Positions 1 through 7,733 of a DNA stretch of 13,876 bases are shown here, piece after piece (position 1 is the stretch's first letter; each line of letters begins with the position of its first letter). A model generated the notes under the pieces. That model worked only from the letters and a program-made list of their open reading frames with translations, ran no database searches and was not told where the DNA came from. The DNA is from Paraphysomonas bandaiensis (Eukaryota > Protista > Chrysophyceae), in assembly GCA_965644295.1 (NCBI GenBank), contig CBFFRP010000500.1:1-13876 (forward strand), read 5' to 3'. The translations under genes and the position numbers were made by a program.

Positions 1-470
1 ATAAGATTGGTGACAACAAGAGATACAGATTATTATTACGAGGGCAAGACGACAGACAACTAGGATTTACCCTCGAACACACGTTTTCTTTGATCTACGC
101 GATTGCTACCCGTCGGTTTACGCCTATATCCATACGGTAGTCGGTGTCATAGCGTTTTGGGTCAGGAAGCATTGATTGGTACCGCATGTGCGATATTCGT
201 AGTCCACCCATCATTATGAGAAGCTTTCTGATGGTTTTGAACAGCTCTATGTGCTTGATCATTGTTCTGGATTCTGATATACGAATATTCCTCCATTGCC
301 ATACACCGTTGATTTTCTCCGGAATGGGGAGGAATTCGTAAGGTGCCATTGGACGCAGATGCAGAGGTGTCATGGGCATGTTAGTGATCTGAATATGAGT
401 GTATTTGTATGGTCCAGTCTAAAGTACACACTCTTGCAAGGAAATGATATTTAACCGTTCGGTTGTAAGC
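1..470 (+). pseudogene. Heavily degenerate Ty1/copia-like RT C-terminus / RNase H remnant
   Basis: Manual translation across frames gives, in the expected order, IRLVTTRDTDYYYEG (cf. copia RYLxxTxDxGLxY), QLGFT (cf. LxGFxD), FGSGSIDW (cf. GGxISWxSK), STHHYEKLS (cf. STxEAEYxALS) and (D)ILT/YLTVRL (cf. ADxLTKxL). There are many stops and frameshifts, and the match is by eye only. Confidence 0.35.
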
Positions 471-592
471 TTTTGAACCCGATTGCATTTTGTCGGTATT
501 ATGCATGAGTTGGCGATTGTGTATTTCACGTTGTCATGAAATGTGCTTGCAATTTTTGTGGATTCGAATATTGTCATTTTGGGTGTTTGTGG

Positions 593-674
593 CTCGAAAA
601 TCGGCGATTTTCTGCAATTCTCAAAAAATTGGGGATTTTTGGGGTTTTGGGACTCAAAAATCGGAGGTTTTTGG
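593..674. repeat. Three imperfect ~22-bp direct repeats (CTCRAAAA(A)TYGGNGRTTTTYTG)
   Basis: Copies ctcgaaaatcggcgattttctg (593), ctcaaaaaattggggatttttgg (620) and ctcaaaaatcggaggtttttgg (653). Confidence 0.6.
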
Positions 675-1058
675 AAAGGACCTATTTAGGCGTATTTCAG
701 GGCGTTTTTGACTATAAACGATGTAGGATATGAATCGTATGTAGTGTAGTACATGTATGAGCATATTGTACGGTTGTGGATGCATTCAATGTCCTGTGTA
801 TGAGGAGGAGTCTTTAGACTGGGGGTCTGTCTTTTGTTTCGCTTGTAACTTTAGTTTTAATAATAATTCTCTATGAAATTAACATAGTTGGTTGACTGAT
901 CTGTCTATTGGGAGCTTTAGATTGCAGGATACAGGGGAGCTTGTGTTTCTGGCTGTTGGTTTCTTAAAGAGTTATTATTATAGTTTTCTGTTTCGTTGTT
1001 TCGACAAACAACCATTACATATCTTTTCAGTGATCTTAGGTTGCAAGACCTGAGTTGT

Positions 1059-1760
1059 TCATACTTTTGATAACTTCTTCATAAACTTATCTTGAGACAT
1101 CATCTTATATTCTGGCTTTGTTGTTGCAATTTTCAAATCACTTTTAGACAGAATATGAGGATAGAAAGCTCCATAGTCATATCCATAACACTTTATAACA
1201 TCATCTTTATATTTCTCATCTAAACAACAAAGACCAGCATTATGACACTTCTCTAAAACATAAGATTCTTTAAAGTTTATGTTTTCTAATCTAACCTTCT
1301 TATTGTTCACACTCACACTATTCTTTTTCATATTTGAGAATCTTACAAAAGTTAGGGTTGCAGCGCTCTTATGATTATAATATTTCTTATAAAATATACC
1401 ATCTTTTAGTAATGTATCGCAACTTTCTTTAAAGTCTTTCATATACTTTATTATTCCTTCTTTCGATCCTTTATAACCGTCAAACAATTCAAAATAGTTA
1501 TATTTATTCAATCCATCTTTAAATAACTCGTCTGCATGACAGTTCAAATCATCTTTGTCGTGTGACATGTAATATGTTTTGCCGTTCTCTCTATAAAAGT
1601 ATCTTAAATATCTATTTTCGCCTGTTTCTTTGTTATATACTCTTTCTTCACCATTTTTATTGATAAACTTTTTTTTATTAAAACTCGCTTTGCCTGTTTC
1701 TTTGTTATATACTCTTTCTTCACCATTTTTATTGATAAACTTTTTTTTATTAAAACTCAT
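1059..1760 (-). pseudogene. polB: B-family DNA polymerase (protein-primed-like), N-terminal 233 aa, truncated after motif A
   Basis: EKCHNAGL corresponds to the YxGG/A motif, and CYGYDYGAFYPHIL to palm motif A (DxxSLYP), with typical spacing. Motifs B (KxxxNxxYG) and C (YxDTDS) are missing because the ORF stops at the 1061 junction. Confidence 0.8.
1620..1758 (-). repeat. In-frame tandem duplication (period 72 bp) at the polB 5' end
   Basis: 1620-1686 and 1692-1758 are identical over 67 bp. The protein shows SFNKKKFINKNGEERVYNKETG twice. Confidence 0.95.
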
Positions 1761-1832
1761 TACTATATATATTATATATATATAATAATTCTTTATATTA
1801 TTTTATATTAATTTATATTAATTTATTTTAAT

Positions 1833-2156
1833 TTATGTTTTCACATAGAAATCAGCATATACAAAATCAAGAAATTTTTTATCATCTTTAACTTTGTTCT
1901 TTAAATATTCTACATCATCCCAATCTTTAATTTCGTTGTCTTTAAAACTCTTTATTGTTAAGTATCTATTGTCAATGGTTTTTACAGATATGCTTATTTT
2001 ATGTCTATCTATTCCTTTATCATCTAACAATGCTTTATAAAGTGTTCTTATATCATTTATTTGAAGCTTATTTCCTGTTTTAGGTCTTACTCTCTTTGCT
2101 CCTAACTTGTATTTACCTTTTGATACAATATCAACATTTTTAACCGTAAAATTCAT
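1833..2156 (-). CDS. Hypothetical 107-aa Lys-rich protein of the viral element
   Basis: ATG-initiated ORF that fills the gap between helicase and polB, with the same strand, codon bias and upstream motif as its neighbours. No domain recognised. Confidence 0.75.
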   Translation of the reverse strand: MNFTVKNVDIVSKGKYKLGAKRVRPKTGNKLQINDIRTLYKALLDDKGIDRHKISISVKTIDNRYLTIKSFKDNEIKDWDDVEYLKNKVKDDKKFLDFVYADFYVKT

Positions 2157-2190
2157 ATGTATATATATATATTAAATATATATATTAATA

Positions 2191-2208
2191 TTTTAAATTG
2201 TTTTATAT
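2191..2208 (-). promoter_or_regulatory. Putative element promoter motif ATATAAAACAATTTAAAA upstream of the 107-aa ORF
   Basis: The identical 18-mer occurs at 4048-4065 upstream of the helicase. A variant ATATAAAGAATT lies at 1787-1798 upstream of polB. All are ~26-34 nt before an ATG preceded by TATATA runs. Confidence 0.55.
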
Positions 2209-2212
2209 TATT

Positions 2213-4018
2213 TTAAAAAAAACTAGTGAAATTTTTAATGTCTTCATCTGTCAAATCTGTCTGTTCTGGTAACTTTATAACATTGACATCTTTATTAAGT
2301 TTCTTCTCTTCATCTTTCTTCTTATTTGTATTGATTAGTTTATTCTTTGACTTGTTTATGGTGTTTTTACTAAAGTCAAATAATTTATCCATGTCTTCTA
2401 GCTCTTCATTAAGTTTATCTTCTTTTGTTGTCTTCTCATCATTACTCTTCTCAAGTTCTTTTATTCTTTCTTTCAATTGTTTGATTTCATCTTTCAATGT
2501 TTTGACTTTCTCTGCTTCTTCATTAGTATTTTGTTTTTCGTCTTCATTATCTTCTTCATCATCTTCTTTCACATATGTTCTTTCTCTCACATTATAAAAA
2601 CAACCTTTTATTCCTGTTACTCTGCATCTTATTTCTCTATCCCAATCTATTTTAGTTTTTAATAAACTTATCATAGTTTGAGTTGATATGTTTTTACCAT
2701 GGTATAACTCTTTATATAATCTTACCATCTCGTCTTTTCCTATTCTATCTACTTTTCCGTTTGTTGTGATTTCTAATTTAGCATCAATGAAATCCTGAAA
2801 TTTGTCGTTTTCTTGTATCATTTCATCAGTTGCTGTTTGAAAGCTTTCAGGACATGGAATTTCATCTCCTTTAATCCACTTATTAGCAAACTTACTTAAA
2901 ATATCTATCCAAGCATCTAATAAACCTTCAGACACAATATTATCAAGCAAATCTCTATTTGTCATATAAATATGTTTTTTTTCATTAACTTTTGATTTGT
3001 CAGTCACGAATACAGACTCATGAACATAACCCCTAAATCTTCTCTTTACGCCTCCGTCAATATTAATATTAGGCATTAGGTTTGCTGAAAATATTGGTAA
3101 TGCATTATGATTAAAATTATGAACTCCATTTTCATATAATAATTTGCCCTTCATTTCACCTTCACAAAACTTTTTAAATGTTGTTGCATTCATTTTATCA
3201 CATTTAGGTTCATTTATCCATACCATTCGTATATATGGCTTTCCATGAAATGATGAAAAGGTTTTATCTGGGTTCTTATTTGACATTGAGAAGGAGTCTT
3301 CTTCTAATGTCTCTAAATAGCATTCAATTGCCTTTTCTGTTATTTGCATGATTGTTGATTTTCCATTGCTACCGACTCCTAATAAAAACAATATCTTTTG
3401 TTCTTTTGTTGCTTTTCCTGTTAGTGCTGAACCTAATATATATAAAATAGTTTCTAAGTCTTCTTTTTTCGGGTATATCTTCTTTAGTATATTTCTTATT
3501 TTCTCTCGTTGATATTTTGATGACTTTATATAATCGCGTTTTATATAGTTACATACAAAGTGTTTATTTTGCATTCTTTGTTTAAACTCTAATGTTTTTA
3601 AATCAATATAACCATTCTTATAATGTATTTCATAATAGTCAGCTCCGAATTTTATTTCTTCTTCTTGTAACAACACTGTCAGTTGTGGAAGGCTTTTATT
3701 CACATTTGTATTTTCACAAAACTTATTAAACTCTTTTGTCTTTTGAAGTTCTATTAACTGTCTTTGCTCTTTGCTCAAGTTATTCAAGGATTCAGTTAAA
3801 TAATTTGTTATCATTGTAATTAATACATTATCTTTTTTTTCACACGTTGCATTGTATACAATAAATTTATTGTTATATGTATATAATACACCATTTTGAA
3901 AGAAGCAATACTTTTTTAGCTTTGATGTTATTATTTGGGCTCTTTCATTTGGAGATTTGGAATCAAGAAGAATAATGATGTCGTCATATGTTAATAAATC
4001 TTGTTTTTCAAAATACAT
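2213..4018 (-). CDS. D5-like superfamily 3 DNA helicase (601 aa) with an acidic and coiled-coil C-terminal tail
   Basis: Walker A GVGSNGKST, Walker B MVWINE, motif C IFSANLMP and arginine finger GGVKRRF. D5_N-like HYKNGYIDLKTLEFK lies upstream. Confidence 0.92.
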   Translation of the reverse strand: MYFEKQDLLTYDDIIILLDSKSPNERAQIITSKLKKYCFFQNGVLYTYNNKFIVYNATCEKKDNVLITMITNYLTESLNNLSKEQRQLIELQKTKEFNKFCENTNVNKSLPQLTVLLQEEEIKFGADYYEIHYKNGYIDLKTLEFKQRMQNKHFVCNYIKRDYIKSSKYQREKIRNILKKIYPKKEDLETILYILGSALTGKATKEQKILFLLGVGSNGKSTIMQITEKAIECYLETLEEDSFSMSNKNPDKTFSSFHGKPYIRMVWINEPKCDKMNATTFKKFCEGEMKGKLLYENGVHNFNHNALPIFSANLMPNINIDGGVKRRFRGYVHESVFVTDKSKVNEKKHIYMTNRDLLDNIVSEGLLDAWIDILSKFANKWIKGDEIPCPESFQTATDEMIQENDKFQDFIDAKLEITTNGKVDRIGKDEMVRLYKELYHGKNISTQTMISLLKTKIDWDREIRCRVTGIKGCFYNVRERTYVKEDDEEDNEDEKQNTNEEAEKVKTLKDEIKQLKERIKELEKSNDEKTTKEDKLNEELEDMDKLFDFSKNTINKSKNKLINTNKKKDEEKKLNKDVNVIKLPEQTDLTDEDIKNFTSFF

Positions 4019-4047
4019 GATATATATAATAATATTATATTTTATTT

Positions 4048-4065
4048 TTTTAAATTGTTTTATAT
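4048..4065 (-). promoter_or_regulatory. Putative element promoter motif ATATAAAACAATTTAAAA upstream of the helicase
   Basis: Exact copy of 2191-2208 at a similar distance from the start codon. Confidence 0.55.
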
Positions 4066-4240
4066 ATTTTTTATATATTTTTTAAAACTATTTTGTTTAT
4101 TGTTTGTTGCGTGTGTGTATTCAACTATTTATTAACCTTCATCTGCTTTTTCTTTTTGACATCTTTCATGGCCTTTTTAAAATTATCTCTTTAAACCATT
4201 TTGCTTTTTAATAATTTTTTAATTGGTAATAACGTAAAAA

Positions 4241-4448
4241 TTATTTTGAATAGAATAAATTATTTTGATAAATTATTTTGATAAATTATTTTGAAAAAAT
4301 ATTTTGAATAGAATAAATTATTTTGAATAAATATTTTTGATAAATTATTTTGAAAAAATATTTTGAATAGAATAAATTATTTTGAAAAAATATTTTGAAT
4401 AGAATAAATTATTTTGATAAATTATTTTGAAAAAATATTTTGAATAGA
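4241..4448. repeat. AT-rich minisatellite with 14 copies of a TATTTTGA core in 13- and 19-bp units
   Basis: Units are TATTTTGA+TAAAT, +AAAAA or +ATAGAATAAAT, from 4242 to 4436. Confidence 0.95.
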
Positions 4449-4687
4449 AACTGGCATTATGGCACTGGCTTTTTATAACATAAACTATATAATAAATTTT
4501 ACATCATCACGATCATCATCATCACCACCATCATCATCACCATCATCAACACCATCACCATTACTACACCATTACAACTGGCATTATGGCACTGGCTTCA
4601 CTGTTACAACACCACCAGCATCATCACCACCAGCATCATCACCACCACAGGCATAAGCCAAAAAGCCAGAAAGCCAAAAAGCCAAAA
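4449..4687. repeat. CAT/CAC triplet tracts with a 23-bp direct repeat and four AAGCCA 8-bp-period repeats
   Basis: AACTGGCATTATGGCACTGGCTT occurs at 4449-4471 and 4576-4598. CAN tracts span 4502-4650. AAGCCA occurs at 4655, 4663, 4671 and 4679. Confidence 0.9.
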
Positions 4688-4784
4688 CTATATTTTTATT
4701 TTATTATAAGATAATTATTTAATATTATATAAAGTAATTAATTTTTATTTAAAGTATAGTATTATTAATATTATTATATTTAAA

Positions 4785-4874
4785 GATAGAGTGAAAAGGA
4801 AGAATAATAAAACGAATGTTTTATTATGATAGAGTGAAAAGGAAAGAGTAATAAAACGAAGTTTTATTACGATA
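4785..4874. repeat. Two 43-bp direct repeats, each containing a perfect 10-bp hairpin
   Basis: GATAGAGTGAAAAGGA at 4785 and 4828. Stems are ATAATAAAAC-gaat-GTTTTATTAT (4804-4827) and GTAATAAAAC-gaa-GTTTTATTAC (4848-4870). Confidence 0.92.
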
Positions 4875-5180
4875 CGAGAGCCCTTCTGGCTCAGGAAGAA
4901 TGCCTAAGCGGCTTAGAGCGGCCCGTGTCCGTCCCCCTTTCTGTGTGTGGACTGTTAAGAGTCTCACAGACCCCTTCACGTACATACGACACAAACATAG
5001 ACATGTGCCGTTTGCTCCATTGCATTCCGTTAACGCTTATTCCTCTGGCGGCCCTTCATGTAATCGTAGAATGTCGTATATGACATTTCTCCGATGCGCA
5101 TATCATCGAGAAGAACGGAATTAGCAGCCGCGAATACACTCATACAAAAAGGTATAAAAACTTTGCTGAATAACGCATCT

Positions 5181-5825
5181 CGTTGTGTAGGACTATCCAC
5201 TTACATATAGAATATATACGTGTACATGTCCTGTATTATATGATTAGTAGTACAGTACTGTATTGTATACGTGTTCCATGTAGTTAGGAATACAAACTGT
5301 AGGGAATGTGATTGTTGGGATTAGAAATAGCCGTTGATATTGTAGACAGTATTATTAGTCGTTGATATTGTAGACAGTATTATTCATGATTCATTATACG
5401 ATAATAATCATTATTTTGTACTTCTGTACTTGGGTATTGCTTTGCACACATACACATATGTATGCAAGCCCACAGTAATATTACTTTATAAGTAGTACTC
5501 AATCTCTGTGATATAACAATATTATGGGGGAAAGTAAGAGAAGCAATATAAGAGCAGCTGCTTATTAGGATTCAGCTTAATACATGATTGTATTTGTGAG
5601 TTATAATGTTCAATGAAATATACCATGAACTGAATTAGAGAGAGTATCTGTTGAAGATACGTGATCGTCATCATAACGTCGTCATTATCAGTTACACTTC
5701 TAACTATTCCGTTGTGCATGATAGTACGTTCTATATTGTTATTCATAATTTTCACTCTATCGTGTTCATTACTTACACTCTAATAATCACAACATTGTTT
5801 TACTATTATAAAGATCAATTCTTTA
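5181..5825 (+). repeat. LTR-like region upstream of the + strand copia element (boundaries uncertain, possibly composite)
   Basis: Non-coding and immediately 5' of a PBS. It contains LTR-terminus-like words cGTTGTG (5181), TGTTGAAG (5649) and CACAACA (5794), plus a 28-bp tandem duplication (5328-5383). No second copy or TSD is present in the window. Confidence 0.45.
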
Positions 5826-5827
5826 TT

Positions 5828-5837
5828 TGGTAGCGAG
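5828..5837 (+). other. Primer-binding site TGGTAGCGAG (initiator tRNA-Met type)
   Basis: Begins TGGTAGC like the Ty1 tRNA-iMet PBS (TGGTAGCG...) and lies directly before the gag ATG. Confidence 0.7.
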
Positions 5838-6761
5838 ATGTCAGTTAAAGTTACAAGTTACGACTCAACCGACTCGGATTCGACAACCGACAAGCGAAAG
5901 GACTCAATGCCAAAATTCGATGCGAAGAACTTCTCCAGGTGGCAGAAGAAGTGCCGTGCATGGTTCTATCGCAAGCCTAAGATCGTTTATACTCTACAGA
6001 ACGATCACCCAATTGAGCCTGAAGCAGGAGAAAACTCAGATGACGAGGACTACCAGTATCGACTCGAACAGTATCAGGATGCGAAACGATATTATGATGA
6101 AGGTAATAACTACCTATGGTCAGTCATTGCAAGCTCTATCATTGGCAATGAAGAGGCTGAAGGGATTTTGGAGAACGTCCCCGATGGAGACGGTAAAACC
6201 GCCTGGACGGACTTGCTGAACCACTTCAAAGAAAAAACGACTAATGACGTAATCACCGATCTGATTGGCCAGTTCCAGAGCATAAAAATCAAAAAAGGTC
6301 AGTCGATAATCAACTTTCTTGACGCTGTCGAAAAGCTCAGAAACAAGCTGATTAATTATGGTCATCGGATAAGTGACCAAGATCTTATATCACGCATTCG
6401 ACAAGGCCTGGTATCCAAAGAAAATATGACGTATCGTGAACTGGCAATCAACCTGCAGATGCACCCTATCGATGACTACAAAACACTGATACGCAGACTA
6501 CGCGGATTAGGAAGCTCGTCTGTTGGAATGCTCTTGTCAAGCAACGAAGAAACAAAAACCGACAGTATTCAGCTTGCAGCTTCAAAACCCCCATTTTCCC
6601 GAAATAAAGTGAATTCTAAACGCAAAAAGGGGACATCTTTCAGAAACCGTTCCAATAAACCGAAACATGACAAGAGAGCCGACAAAGACATGAAGTGTTT
6701 CCGATGCGATGGAAAAGGACACATCGCTGCAGAATGCAAACACTCCTGGGAAAGGATCTAA
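5838..6761 (+). CDS. gag: Ty1/copia Gag with CCHC zinc knuckle
   Basis: PKFDAKNFSRW, DGKTAWTDLLNHF and LISRIRQGL are copia gag-like blocks. CFRCDGKGHIAAEC fits CX2CX4HX4C. Confidence 0.9.
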   Translation: MSVKVTSYDSTDSDSTTDKRKDSMPKFDAKNFSRWQKKCRAWFYRKPKIVYTLQNDHPIEPEAGENSDDEDYQYRLEQYQDAKRYYDEGNNYLWSVIASSIIGNEEAEGILENVPDGDGKTAWTDLLNHFKEKTTNDVITDLIGQFQSIKIKKGQSIINFLDAVEKLRNKLINYGHRISDQDLISRIRQGLVSKENMTYRELAINLQMHPIDDYKTLIRRLRGLGSSSVGMLLSSNEETKTDSIQLAASKPPFSRNKVNSKRKKGTSFRNRSNKPKHDKRADKDMKCFRCDGKGHIAAECKHSWERI

Positions 6762-6799
6762 CAAATGAAGAATTCCTCCGGAAACAAATCAACCAGTAG

Positions 6800-7229
6800 G
6801 AAATTCAAAAAGTTAGATTCCAGACCCACCAGAGCACTGAAAACGCCGACTCCGACCAGTTTGCAGATTATGAAGACAGTGGTCCACTACAACAGAAAGG
6901 ACGAGACTTCGGAGGAGTCGGATATCCAACAAACGACGAAACGAACTTCGTTTTTGATCAAGAAGCCGGAATGGGAACCCTTGATTCTGGCTGCACAGTC
7001 TCCATCACACCTGAAGCCGGATTCATCACCAATTATGAGGAATGCCTCACCGACATTCAAACAGCTAAGTCAGGATCGACTATGACCTCTTCAGGACATG
7101 GAAGACTTGGTATTATCCCCAAGTGCAAGCACGTGGACCATGCTTCAAGGACACTCGTGTCCATCAGCCATATAATTAGATCTGATTATTACATGAGAGA
7201 ACTTGTTGCATTTATCTATCTACTATTAC
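6800..7229 (+). pseudogene. pol: Copia aspartic protease region, in the -1 frame relative to gag and truncated by insertion at 7230
   Basis: Active-site motif TLDSGCTVSIT, then TAKSG...GHGRLG...HVDHASRTLVSISHI (cf. HVPxLxxNLLSVSxL). This frame is open from 6800. Confidence 0.85.
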
Positions 7230-7605
7230 TGTTGTAAGGCAATAACAAGCCACAAGTTGATAGTAATGATAGTGTTATTAACTTGTTTTATCAGAGGTTA
7301 TCTGTGATAATAATGACTAGCATTCTAATCTATCTTCTATCACAGACTACACCTACAGCTCACTGCTTGGGCACATATATTTGCCCTTACTCTATACCAA
7401 TCCACTGTACATATTGGACTGTACATATCCTACACCGTATTGTCATCATACACCGTATAATGGTATACCGTTACCCTACTGTAGCTGGCTGTCTACACTG
7501 TATACTATACATCCACAGTATAGTGCAATATACAGCAGTATACTATCAAACCAAGCTTTCACTCCAATGACAGCCAACCTCCTATATAATACGGGGATGA
7601 CAACA
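7230..7605 (-). repeat. 3' LTR (376 bp) of a second, oppositely oriented copia element
   Basis: The minus strand reads TGTTGTCA...CCTTACAACA, with a perfect 6-bp terminal inverted repeat. It is directly preceded by a polypurine tract, and its end coincides with the end of the protease ORF. Confidence 0.75.
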
Positions 7606-7615
7606 CACCCTCCTA
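7606..7615 (-). other. Polypurine tract TAGGAGGGTG
   Basis: Purine-rich run abutting the TGTTGT LTR start on the minus strand. Confidence 0.7.
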
Positions 7616-7733
7616 TGTTCAGTCCAACGCCTGATCTCCTTATCGTCCATAAAATATGAACCTATAAATAAATATTAAATACCGTGACCTCAATCGGCTA
7701 TTGCTCGACTAAGTCACAACCGCCCCCCCATAA

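Larger units (their letters stand above)
1..1061 (+). mobile_element. Probable 3' part of an LTR retrotransposon, ending ...GTTGTTCA and inserted into the polB gene
   Basis: Base composition switches abruptly at 1061/1062. The segment ends in CA, and its terminal TCA supplies the artificial TGA stop of the polB ORF. The LTR start and PPT could not be fixed. Confidence 0.35.
1062..4780 (-). mobile_element. Endogenous Polinton-like virus / virophage-like DNA element (replication module plus terminal non-coding region)
   Basis: Very AT-rich block with tightly packed, intronless, co-oriented ORFs (PolB, orphan, SF3 helicase), short A/T-only spacers and a repeat-rich non-coding end. No capsid, packaging ATPase or integrase gene is present in the window. 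The right boundary is uncertain (4780-4880). Confidence 0.7.

Noticed and set aside
95-733. Short ORFs 95-379, 490-711 and 536-733 as genes
   Set aside because: No recognisable domains. They overlap a decayed retroelement remnant and simple repeats.
2226-2662. Plus-strand Ser/Phe-rich ORFs
   Set aside because: Antisense shadows of the Lys/Glu-rich helicase tail.
4502-4550. Adenovirus-like CATCATCA terminus
   Set aside because: It is internal and embedded in a triplet microsatellite, with no evidence of an element end here.
4459-4656. Ser/Pro-rich 65-aa ORF, and a poly-His frame from 4502
   Set aside because: By-product of CAN triplet repeats. The His frame has no upstream start codon.
5030-5180. 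Fanzor/TnpB C-terminus with downstream guide RNA
   Set aside because: No RuvC-III (RDxNAAxN) or zinc-finger motif in the frame.
5181-5794. Confident solo LTR call
   Set aside because: The first base is C rather than T, and the flanks (CATCT / TTGTT) give no target-site duplication. Kept only as a possibility.
7713-7730. Alternative PPT and LTR start (minus strand GGGGGGGCGGT-TGTGAC)
   Set aside because: The 7606-7615 PPT abuts a TGTTGT end that perfectly matches the 7230 terminus, which is a better fit.
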